This document shows positions 26,636 through 35,429 of a stretch of 64,000 nucleotides of DNA, in pieces. Origin of the DNA: Candidatus Ornithoclostridium excrementipullorum (lineage in GTDB: Bacteria > Bacillota > Clostridia > Christensenellales > UBA3700); assembly GCA_018716085.1 (NCBI GenBank), contig DVKK01000002.1, forward strand, positions 15,380-79,379, given 5' to 3'. A program made the translations under genes and the position numbers. The notes under the pieces are model-generated. The model saw only the letters and a list, made by a program, of their open reading frames with translations, was not told where the DNA came from and made no database searches. Numbering within the stretch: position 1 is the stretch's first letter; every line of letters begins with the position of its first letter.

Positions 26636-29578
26636 TCATATCTCGAAATAGAACGTCTTTATCTCGTACGGTGCGAATTTCAGCTTTGCCGAAGTCAGTT
26701 TTTCCGCGTTCTTTTCGAGCATATCCGTTTCGTAAACGGCTTTGTAAGAGAATCCCGCTTTCAGCACCGTTTCGGTCTCCTCGCCGTATCTCTCGTATAT
26801 ACGCGCCACCACGCCCTTGCCGTCGTGAGCGGGTTTGATCGTTTCGACTATCACCCCGTCGCCGTCACACCCTATGAGCGGCGGCAGATCGGGCGTAAAA
26901 TCGCACGATACGAGAGGTTCGTTGTACAGATACGCCTGTCTGACGATATCGCACTCGCGCCACGTTCCCATGTGGGGACGCAGGCAATATCCGAAAACGT
27001 GTTCACCGATATCGCATTCCGGATCGGGATGTTTGGGACTGCGCAGCAGATCGAGAGATATCAGACCGTCCTTTACGCGGTGACCGTACTTGCAGTCGTT
27101 GATCAACGCGACGCCGCGTTCGCCGTCGTCGGAATCCACATTGACGAATTTGTGCGCGCATATCTCGAACTGCGCCTTTTGCACCGGAGTCTCGTCCGCA
27201 GTATCCCTGTCGATGTTGCCGAACTGGATATCGCAATTTACCTTGCTTCCGAAAACGGACGGCCTGAATTCGGCGCGCAGCATCTTGTGATCTTCCTTCC
27301 AGTCGACTCCCGTCCTGAAATCTATCGCCGAGTCGCCGGCAGTTACGGTTATCTTCTGCACCGCCTGCGAATTTTTACCCAGCTCGTATTTCTGTTCCAT
27401 CACCGCCGTCGGACCGTCCACATATGAACGGCTGGCGACGAGTTTTGCGGGGTAAGTTCTGAGTTTACGGTAGTCTTCGCGGATATCCCATGCGTTGTAA
27501 TACAGCTTCGGATCGGTAAACACGGTCAGCCTGTTGAGATATTCTCCGCAATAGTCGAAGTTTTCGTCCTTGACGAAAGCGCTCTTTATGCTGCCGTCGG
27601 GGGCGAAAACGACTTTTATCTTATCGTTTTCTATAAAATCGCTGCCGCAAACAGGCGAGGCGTATTCCGCTTCTTCCGCGGCGGCGGCGGAATACGGTGC
27701 CGCGCAGACTTTACGCCAGCCTTCGTCGGTGCGGACGTATTCTTCCCTCTCGAAGGGAGACGCGTTCACGTACGACGGCGAGCCGTCTTTTTTCACCGCG
27801 GTGAGCAGTTTCGCACGCATATCGCGAAGCTTGCCTCTCAATACGTCGAACCTCTCGTTTGCTTCGTCGTAGATACGCTTTATCGAACTCCCCGGTATTA
27901 TGTCGTGGAACTGATACAGCAATATCTCCTTCCATATCGCGTCCGTCGCGGACGGATCGTATTTCGATCCTTTGAGCATCGCGAGCGCCTCAAGCCATTC
28001 GACTTCGTGCAATTCGCGTTCCGCCATTCTGTTGTTCAGTTTGATCTTAGCCTGAGACGTATACGTACCCTGATGTTTCTCGAGGTACAGCTCGCCTCTC
28101 CACACGGGCAGGGACGCGGCCTTTTGCGCAAGTTTATCGAAAAAGCTCTGCGCGGACGCATTGACCACTTTCGGCAGTCCGTTTTCGTCCCTCTCGCGCT
28201 TTATCATTTCCAAAGGGGCTTCACCGGGGCCACCGCCTCCGTCGCCTATACCGTAGACCAACAGTCCCTCTTTCGCCCCATCGTCGTTGCCCTGTTCCGA
28301 CTTGACTAGCGCAAGCGGCGTCGCCGACGAATTGTATGTTCCCTGCGGAGCCATATGCGCAAGTATTTCGGTCCCGTCTATTCCCTTCCAGACGAAAGAC
28401 TTGTACGGAAATTTATTGTGATTGTTCCACGTCAGTTTGATCGTCATGAAATAGTCTTTGCCGCACTTTTTGAATATCTGCGGAAGACTTGCAGGATAGC
28501 CGAACACGTCCGGCAACCATACCGTACGGGACGATCTTCCGAATTCTCTCAGAAAAAACTCTTCTCCGTAAAGAAACTGGCGTATGATACTTTCTCCGCC
28601 GGGCAGATTGCAGTCGTTTTCCGTCCACATAGCGCCCTGAGGCTCTATCCTTCCGTCCGCGACGGCGCGTCTGAACCTTTCGTAAAGATCGGGATATCCC
28701 GTCTTGATCCATTCCATAAGCTGCGCCTGAGACGCGCCGAACACGTAATCGGGATATTTGGCGATGTTCGTCAGCGCCGTGGCGTATGTACGCGCCCCCT
28801 TCCTCTTGGTCTCCCGTATCGGCCACAGCCACCCGAGGTCTATGTGCGCGTGTCCTATCGCTGTATATTCCGCCGCGTCTTCCGCCGTCGGAGAAGACGC
28901 CGCCGCTCCGAGCAGCTTACGCGCCATTGCGATATCTCCCCGTCTGTATTGCAACCACGCTCCGTCGAGAGCCGTCTCTATCTCTCCCGCTCTCTCGGCG
29001 CTAAGGGCTTTGTTTTTTCCGAACGTGAGCAAAAGAGCGAACAGTTGGAGATAGTCGTAATAAAGTCCGCGCATATCGTCGTCCACGGACACAAGCTCGG
29101 CGGTTTTGAGCCGAGCCTTGCAGCCCTTCTTGTTGCGCTTGCCGTTGAAACCGCAGTCCACTAGAAGACTTACCTTTTCGCCTCCCTCGGCGCAGGCGTA
29201 CAGATCGACCGTCTGTTTGCCCGGGGCAGGCTGGACCATGTCCACCGCGTCTTTGACCTGAGTTATGCCCACGACGGGTCTGCCGTCTATATACACGAGC
29301 CCCTCGCCCTGTATATCTATCCTTGCGGCTATCTTCCTGCCTTTCGCCGATTCGGGGACTACGCCTTCGAAAGAGAACCATGCGCAGTCGAAATCGCTGC
29401 CCCATGCGTCCCCCTTTTTGAAACATTCGAATTTTTTCCCGTCCAGCGAAGCGAACGCTATCGGCTCCCGCGACAGCAACGCTTTTGCGGACAGTTCCGC
29501 CACTTTCGTATAGACCTTATTTCTTATCCCGAAAAGTCTTGCGACATGAACGGGATGCAACGCTGTCTTCTCTATCAT
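26636..29578 (-). CDS. GH38 alpha-mannosidase (cytoplasmic, MngB-like)
   Basis: 980 aa. IGHAHIDLGWLWP.RET.RK is the GH38 N-terminal catalytic signature, and DVFGY, QFHDI.PGSSI and later GH38 C-domain blocks are present. No signal peptide. Confidence 0.9.
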   Translation of the reverse strand: MIEKTALHPVHVARLFGIRNKVYTKVAELSAKALLSREPIAFASLDGKKFECFKKGDAWGSDFDCAWFSFEGVVPESAKGRKIAARIDIQGEGLVYIDGRPVVGITQVKDAVDMVQPAPGKQTVDLYACAEGGEKVSLLVDCGFNGKRNKKGCKARLKTAELVSVDDDMRGLYYDYLQLFALLLTFGKNKALSAERAGEIETALDGAWLQYRRGDIAMARKLLGAAASSPTAEDAAEYTAIGHAHIDLGWLWPIRETKRKGARTYATALTNIAKYPDYVFGASQAQLMEWIKTGYPDLYERFRRAVADGRIEPQGAMWTENDCNLPGGESIIRQFLYGEEFFLREFGRSSRTVWLPDVFGYPASLPQIFKKCGKDYFMTIKLTWNNHNKFPYKSFVWKGIDGTEILAHMAPQGTYNSSATPLALVKSEQGNDDGAKEGLLVYGIGDGGGGPGEAPLEMIKRERDENGLPKVVNASAQSFFDKLAQKAASLPVWRGELYLEKHQGTYTSQAKIKLNNRMAERELHEVEWLEALAMLKGSKYDPSATDAIWKEILLYQFHDIIPGSSIKRIYDEANERFDVLRGKLRDMRAKLLTAVKKDGSPSYVNASPFEREEYVRTDEGWRKVCAAPYSAAAAEEAEYASPVCGSDFIENDKIKVVFAPDGSIKSAFVKDENFDYCGEYLNRLTVFTDPKLYYNAWDIREDYRKLRTYPAKLVASRSYVDGPTAVMEQKYELGKNSQAVQKITVTAGDSAIDFRTGVDWKEDHKMLRAEFRPSVFGSKVNCDIQFGNIDRDTADETPVQKAQFEICAHKFVNVDSDDGERGVALINDCKYGHRVKDGLISLDLLRSPKHPDPECDIGEHVFGYCLRPHMGTWRECDIVRQAYLYNEPLVSCDFTPDLPPLIGCDGDGVIVETIKPAHDGKGVVARIYERYGEETETVLKAGFSYKAVYETDMLEKNAEKLTSAKLKFAPYEIKTFYFEI

Positions 29579-29613
29579 TTTCCACCTTGTATATAGATAT
29601 ACGGTTTTTTATG

Positions 29614-29643
29614 ATTATATAACGCCGACGGTCCGGGTGTCAA
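29614..29643 (-). promoter_or_regulatory. Candidate sigma-A promoter of the GH38 gene
   Basis: The reverse strand reads TTGACA-18 nt-TATAAT (or 16 nt-TATATA). Confidence 0.4.
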
Positions 29644-29710
29644 CACGCTCCGCAGGCGCTTCCCGTCATTACTCGCACCGTTTCGTCCATATTTTAGCGT
29701 TTGCGTGGAG

Positions 29711-29739
29711 TTGACACGCCCTGCGGGCTCGTTTATAAT
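29711..29739 (+). promoter_or_regulatory. Candidate sigma-A promoter of lipoprotein gene 29784..30803
   Basis: Perfect consensus: TTGACA-17 nt-TATAAT. Confidence 0.55.
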
Positions 29740-29783
29740 AAAGTCGTGAACGAAAACAGGGCTTTTTGCCCGAGGGGTTTATT

Positions 29784-30803
29784 ATGAAATCGAATACAGT
29801 CAAAAAACTGCTCGCCGCGATGTGCCTTACGGTGATCGTTGCGACGACCTGCGCGCTGTTCGTATCGTGCGTGGATCCGAAAGAAGTAAATATGTTCGAA
29901 GGTATTCCCAACGAACTCGAAGATTCGGAAGTCGCTCCCGACTCCGTCGTCGCCGCTACGGCGCACGTCTCCGTGACGGACATAGTCGAAGACGCCTCCA
30001 TGACGACGGGACAAAAGATCGCCGCGATAATGTCCGCGACCGAACAGAACGAGATCACCGCCGAGAGGTTCAACTACTTCCAATACAAGGTGGGCTCGAC
30101 CGATCTGGGCAGCAACCACGGCACTCTTATCTATCAAAGACTGCGCAAACAGAATCAGGAATGCAAGGACGACACCACTTTCAAGCTCGCGGTCAATCAC
30201 AACTTCGACGCCGTCGCGATCAACTTCGTTCAGGACGCGATGATCCGTCTGGTGTACGACAATAAGATCTACCGCATCGAAGGCGACGTGGCGAATCTCG
30301 ATTACGACGAAGACAGCGGACTCGTCTACATGACCGACAACACCGGATGGAGCAAAGGCAAAAATTTCGGCGACTACGAAAGCGTTTCGAGCAGCCAGAA
30401 CCTTGATGAAACCAAAAAGACCTGCGCGAATTGGAGCTGTGAAAATATCGTAAGCGAAGAAAACGCTTCGATAGAGAGAAAGACGACCGATTCGGGCGAC
30501 GCATATTACGAACTCACCTTCTCCGTCGATCTGACCGTCGCCAACGCCGATCCGGATACGATATCGAGATTGGAGAACGATAACGGCGCAAGCGGTATGT
30601 CGCTCGGAAAGCTCGAAGTGAGAGCCGAGGTCTGGGAATGCGGCCTTATGAAGTTTTACGAAACTTCCGAGACTTGGACGGGCAGGATCGTGCTCTATTC
30701 CGGCTCCGCGGATACTCACTCCTACACGTGGTATTCCTACACCGAAAGGGATAACGACATGAGCGGCAGCGTGGCGATCCTCAACACCTTGCTCGCGGAC
30801 TGA
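29784..30803 (+). CDS. Orphan lipoprotein, function unknown
   Basis: Track ORF 29766..30803 trimmed to MKSNTVKKLLAAMCLTVIVATTCALFVS|C (lipobox). A consensus promoter lies upstream and a strong terminator downstream. No family recognised. Confidence 0.7.
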   Translation: MKSNTVKKLLAAMCLTVIVATTCALFVSCVDPKEVNMFEGIPNELEDSEVAPDSVVAATAHVSVTDIVEDASMTTGQKIAAIMSATEQNEITAERFNYFQYKVGSTDLGSNHGTLIYQRLRKQNQECKDDTTFKLAVNHNFDAVAINFVQDAMIRLVYDNKIYRIEGDVANLDYDEDSGLVYMTDNTGWSKGKNFGDYESVSSSQNLDETKKTCANWSCENIVSEENASIERKTTDSGDAYYELTFSVDLTVANADPDTISRLENDNGASGMSLGKLEVRAEVWECGLMKFYETSETWTGRIVLYSGSADTHSYTWYSYTERDNDMSGSVAILNTLLAD

Positions 30804-30826
30804 CGGTAACCGACAGACACGCAAAA

Positions 30827-30852
30827 GCGGACTCGAGCGAGTCCGCTTTTTT
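30827..30852 (+). terminator. Rho-independent terminator after lipoprotein gene 29784..30803
   Basis: A GCGGACT..AGTCCGC hairpin is followed by TTTTTT. Confidence 0.6.
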
Positions 30853-30905
30853 ATGCGAAGTTACAAGCGGCTGCGTTTTTGGTCATCGCACCGTTAGTTG
30901 CGCGG

Positions 30906-31514
30906 TCAATCGGGATACGCGGTCTCCGACCGTATCGAAATACCCGCGGGATCGATATCCGAACAATGGAAACACTCCGCGCAAAACGCACCCTTACTTT
31001 CGGATATTATATTCAGTCCGATGACAAATTCGATCTTTACCGACTCGACCTCGGAATATCTCCAATCGTTCCATATCCTGCGAGGGATATCGAAAGCCAC
31101 GCTCAAAGAGCACATTTCCTATTCCAAACCAAAGCCGTTGGCATATAGCTTTTCTTCCATCGTGTAAGACGAGCCTGCAAAGGAAATTTCATATACGACC
31201 GTACCTTCTCCCGAAAGATCCGAGTTCCCTTCAATGCCGTCCAACCCATACCGATCCCGATCCCATCTCAGAACGATATAATCGGTAAAACAAGATTTAA
31301 ACGCCCCCGGATCTATCTCCGCCTCCAAGGTAACGCGCAGGGCGTCTCCTTGACCGCTGCAAGTCAGGACGAGATCCTTCAGTCCCGCAACGTCGCCTAT
31401 CAAAGCAGGATCCTTGCCGTCTTACGACAGTTCCGCCCCGCATCCGAATAACAACGCCGACGTCAACAAGAGCAGCGATATTACCGCTGCCGAAAACCGT
31501 ATCTTCTTTCTCAT
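30906..31514 (-). pseudogene. Lipoprotein gene interrupted by two in-frame stop codons
   Basis: ATG at 31512-31514 opens MRKKIRFSAAVISLLLLTSALLFG|CGAELS, followed by TAA (31422-31424). The same frame continues as track ORF 31119..31403, then TAG (31119-31121), then track ORF 30906..31115, which is also in the same frame. Confidence 0.45.
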
Positions 31515-31631
31515 AATACCCGCCCCTATATTCTTATTTGATTTAATTGTATCATATCGAACAAAAAAACGCAACCGGCGATAAAAAAGAAAACGCGGAT
31601 CGCCGCGTTTTCGATAAAAGGATTTTTGCTC

Positions 31632-33533
31632 TTATTTCAGGTCGTCGAGCCATGCGTCGGGGCAGGCGTCGGACGGCATACGCCAATCGCCGCGGGGCGA
31701 GAGCGCCACGCTGCCCACCTTCGGCCCGTCGGGCGTACAGCTGCGTTTGAACTGCTGCGCAAAAAAGCGGCGATAGAATTTTTCCAATCCGGAGAGCAGT
31801 TCCTTATCTCCGTAAACGCCGCCGAACGCGATCTTGGCAAGGCGCAGGACTTTGCGCGGACGGAAGCCGCGGCGTACCGTATAATAGAGGAAAAAGTCGT
31901 TGAGATCGTACGACCCGACTATCTCTTCGGTCTTCTGGACTATCCTGCCGTTTTCGGCGGGTATCAGTTCGGGACTGATGGGCGTGTCGAGGATGTCGCG
32001 CAGCGCCTTTGCGGCGTCTTCGCTGCCGCACGTATCGGCATAGTACGCGACGAGATATCTGACGAGCGTCTTCGGCACGGAAGTATTGACGCAGTACATC
32101 GACATATGGTCTCCGTTGTATGTGGACCAACCGAGCGCGGCTTCGGACAGATCTCCCGTTCCGACGACCAATCCTCCGCACATATTGGCTATGTCCATGA
32201 GGACCTGCGTGCGCTCTCTCGCCTGAGCGTTTTCGTAAGCGACGTCGGTCACGTCGATCGGGTGCCCTATATCGCGCAGGTGCACCTTCACCGCCTCTCC
32301 TATCGGCACCTCTCTGAAATCGGTCCCCAGACCTTTCGCAAGCAATTCCGCATTGTTCCTGGTACGGGATGTGGTGCCGAAACAGGGCATGGTGACGGCA
32401 AGCACGTCGGAAGGCGACAACCCCGCCATGCGCGCCGCTTTGACAGTGACCGCCAGAGCGAGCGCGCTGTCGAGTCCGCCGGACAGACCTACCACGGCTT
32501 TTTTCGTGCCCGTGTGGATTATACGCTTTGCGAGTCCTCCCGCCTGTATATCGAAGATCAATTTACAACGCTTGTCCCTGCCCTCTTTGTCGGCAGGCAC
32601 GAAAGGCGTGGGCGACACATTGCGGGTAAGCTGCGTGTCCTCTGTTTTACAATCGAAATATATCTTCCTCGCGCTATCGCAGGCGTGGAAAGTGCTTTGT
32701 CTGCGGCGTTCCCTGTCGAGCATGAACACGTCTATTTCGGCGATCGCGGCTCCGTTTCCGAAAGGCTCGCTCTCGGCGAGCACCGTCGAATCCTCGGCGA
32801 TCATATCGTGTCCGGCAAATACCACGTCCGTGGTACTCTCTCCCATTCCCGCGTCCGCATATATATATCCGCACAGATTTTTGCCGCTCGCCGCCCTGAC
32901 GAGCAGCCTGCGGTATTCCGCCTTTCCTATCAGCTCGTTGCTGGCGGAAGGATTGCATACGATCGTCGCGCCGGCGGCGCACAGACTTTCGGCGGGAGAG
33001 CCGGGGACCCACATATCCTCGCATATCTCCACTCCGAAAGCGAACTGAGGCATTTTTTCGCATACGAATACCAGATCCGTACCGACAGGCACTCCGACGC
33101 CGCCCAATTCCGTTTCATCGGTATCGAGATCGCGTGCGGAAACGAAATGGCGAGCCTCGTAAAATTCGCCGTAATTCGGTATCTCGGTCTTGGGCACTAC
33201 GCCGAGTATCCCTCCGCTCTTCAATACGGCGGCGCAGTTGTAAAGCTTTCCGCTTATGACGAGCGGCACGCCGACTACCGTCGCGCAGTCGCAGTTCGCG
33301 GTCGCCTCGGCAAGCGAAAGCAACCCCTCTTCCGCCGCGCATATCAGCGTATCCTGCGTAAACAGATCCGCCGCGGTATAGCCCGTGACGGCAAGCTCGG
33401 GAAACACTATGAGTTTGCAGCCTTTCGCGGCATACTCTTTCACGAGCCGCGCCATTTCGCGTACATTGAATTTCACGTCCGCGACTCTCACGGAAGGCGT
33501 GATCGCCGCTGTTTTTACGAATCCGTCTTTCAT
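31632..33533 (-). CDS. nadE: Glutamine-dependent NAD+ synthetase (CN-hydrolase plus NAD synthetase domains)
   Basis: Track ORF trimmed to MKDGFVKTAAITPSVRVADV (ATG 33531-33533). N-terminal nitrilase-like domain (FPEL..TGY, ..CED.W). C-terminal SGGLDS PP-loop. Confidence 0.9.
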   Translation of the reverse strand: MKDGFVKTAAITPSVRVADVKFNVREMARLVKEYAAKGCKLIVFPELAVTGYTAADLFTQDTLICAAEEGLLSLAEATANCDCATVVGVPLVISGKLYNCAAVLKSGGILGVVPKTEIPNYGEFYEARHFVSARDLDTDETELGGVGVPVGTDLVFVCEKMPQFAFGVEICEDMWVPGSPAESLCAAGATIVCNPSASNELIGKAEYRRLLVRAASGKNLCGYIYADAGMGESTTDVVFAGHDMIAEDSTVLAESEPFGNGAAIAEIDVFMLDRERRRQSTFHACDSARKIYFDCKTEDTQLTRNVSPTPFVPADKEGRDKRCKLIFDIQAGGLAKRIIHTGTKKAVVGLSGGLDSALALAVTVKAARMAGLSPSDVLAVTMPCFGTTSRTRNNAELLAKGLGTDFREVPIGEAVKVHLRDIGHPIDVTDVAYENAQARERTQVLMDIANMCGGLVVGTGDLSEAALGWSTYNGDHMSMYCVNTSVPKTLVRYLVAYYADTCGSEDAAKALRDILDTPISPELIPAENGRIVQKTEEIVGSYDLNDFFLYYTVRRGFRPRKVLRLAKIAFGGVYGDKELLSGLEKFYRRFFAQQFKRSCTPDGPKVGSVALSPRGDWRMPSDACPDAWLDDLK

Positions 33534-33698
33534 ATATGCTCCCCGCCGCCTTACGGGCGGCAAACGATTGCTTTTTGCCAAGCTATATTGTAATATATAT
33601 TATCGGCGTAGATGCGGACAAACAGTCGCGCCGCGCCGTACCGCACGGTAATATTGTATTTTATTTGGCGAAACTTGTCAATAAACGTAGGTGGGCAA

Positions 33699-35429
33699 AT
33701 GCGCAAATTGAGCGGATACCTGAAAAACTACAAACTCAATCTGACCCTCGGTCCTCTCGCGAAACTGACCGAAGCGGTCTTTGAGCTTATAGTTCCTCTC
33801 GTGATGTCCGATATCATCGACAACGGAATAGACGGAGACGGCGGCGTGGAGTATATCCTCTCTCACGGCGCGATAATGGTCGCGCTGGGCGTACTGGGGC
33901 TTTGCTGCGCGCTGACCTGCCAATATCTTGCAGCCAAATGCTCGCAGGGATTCGGCACCGAACTGCGCAACGATCTGTTCAGACATATAAATTCGCTCTC
34001 CTTCAAGGAATTGGACAGGTTCGGCACACCGTCTATCGTCAACCGCCTCTCCGCGGACGTCAATCAACTGCAATATATGGTCGCAATGCTGATAAGGCTC
34101 GTCATTCGCGCTCCGTTCCTGGTGATAGGCGCCGCCGTAATGGCAATGACGATCAATCTCAAGCTGTCGCTCGTGTTCATCGCCGCGACGCCCCTGATAG
34201 CCGTCGTGCTGTATTTCATAATGTCGCGAAGCGTACCGAGATACAAGACCGTACAGAAAAAGCTGGACGTCGTGTCGCTCGTCACCCGCGAAAATCTGTC
34301 GGGCGTCCGCGTAGTACGCGCTTTTGCAGAACAGGAATACGAAAAGGATCGGTTTGATAAAGCCGCCGACGATCTGACCAAAAACGCCGTCGTCGTCGGA
34401 CGTATCTCCGCCCTGCTCAATCCCGCCACGTTCGTCATCATCAACGCCGCGATACTGGCGATCCTGTGGTTCGGCGGAGGGCTGGTCTACGAAGGCGAGA
34501 TGACGCAGGGCGAAGTGTTCGCCTTCGTCAATTACATGACACAGATATCGCTGGCGCTCGTAGTGCTGGCGCAGTTGGTGGTCACGATCACCAAAGCCCT
34601 CGCCTCCGCGTCGCGCGTAAAGGAACTGCTGGAAACTCAGCCGTCCGTGACAGACGAAGGAAACGAATACGTACAAGCCGACGACAACGCGCCCGCGGTC
34701 GTTTTCGACAACGTATCGTTCGGCTACAACGACGGCAAATATACTCTCAAAGGTCTGTCCGTCGCGATCCCGAAAGGGGCGTCCGTAGGCGTCATAGGCG
34801 GTACCGGCAGCGGCAAATCGACCTTGGTAAATCTGTTGGGCAGATTCTACGACGTATCCGAAGGAAGCGTGTCGCTTTTCGGCACCGACGTGCGCAAATA
34901 TCCGCTCAAACAGCTGAGAAGTCTTGTCGCGTACGTACCGCAGAACACGATGCTGTTCGCTGGGACCGTGCGCTCCAACCTGCAGATGGGCGGACGCAAC
35001 GCCGACGACGAAACTCTGTGGAGATGTCTGGAAACGGCGCAGGCGGCGCAGTTCGTGCGCGAAAAACCCGACGGTCTGGACAGCGAAGTCGTACAGGGAG
35101 GCAGGAATTTTTCGGGCGGACAGCGACAGAGGCTTGCGGTCGCCAGGGCGCTCGCGGCAGGGCCGTCGATACTCGTGCTGGACGACTCGTCGAGCGCGCT
35201 CGACTTTGCCACCGACTACGCGATGCGCAAAGCGATCAACGAAACAAAGGGCGACGCTACGCTGTTTATAGTATCGCAGCGCGCAACGTCGATAAAAGAC
35301 TGCGACGTGGTGATCGTACTCGACGAAGGCTCCGTCGAGGGCATAGGCAAACACGACGAACTGTTGAAAACGTGCGACGTGTATCGCGAAATCTATTATT
35401 CGCAGACCGACGGAGGTACGAAGGAATGA
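33699..35429 (+). CDS. ABC exporter half-transporter (TMD-NBD), subunit carrying the degenerate ATP site
   Basis: Track ORF trimmed to MRKLSGYLKNYK (ATG 33699, AGGTGGG RBS). Walker A GGTGSGKST and signature FSGGQRQR are canonical. Walker B is ILVLDDSSS (Asp replaces the catalytic Glu) and the H-loop is SQR instead of AHR. Confidence 0.9.
   Translation: MRKLSGYLKNYKLNLTLGPLAKLTEAVFELIVPLVMSDIIDNGIDGDGGVEYILSHGAIMVALGVLGLCCALTCQYLAAKCSQGFGTELRNDLFRHINSLSFKELDRFGTPSIVNRLSADVNQLQYMVAMLIRLVIRAPFLVIGAAVMAMTINLKLSLVFIAATPLIAVVLYFIMSRSVPRYKTVQKKLDVVSLVTRENLSGVRVVRAFAEQEYEKDRFDKAADDLTKNAVVVGRISALLNPATFVIINAAILAILWFGGGLVYEGEMTQGEVFAFVNYMTQISLALVVLAQLVVTITKALASASRVKELLETQPSVTDEGNEYVQADDNAPAVVFDNVSFGYNDGKYTLKGLSVAIPKGASVGVIGGTGSGKSTLVNLLGRFYDVSEGSVSLFGTDVRKYPLKQLRSLVAYVPQNTMLFAGTVRSNLQMGGRNADDETLWRCLETAQAAQFVREKPDGLDSEVVQGGRNFSGGQRQRLAVARALAAGPSILVLDDSSSALDFATDYAMRKAINETKGDATLFIVSQRATSIKDCDVVIVLDEGSVEGIGKHDELLKTCDVYREIYYSQTDGGTKE

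Noticed and set aside
31119-31424. Stop-codon reassignment or read-through as the explanation for the in-frame TAA and TAG in the lipoprotein frame.
   Set aside because: TAA and TAG clearly terminate well-supported genes in the same window, for example rsfS (TAA at 666-668) and GH95 (TAG at 2668-2670). A pseudogene or sequencing error is the simpler explanation.
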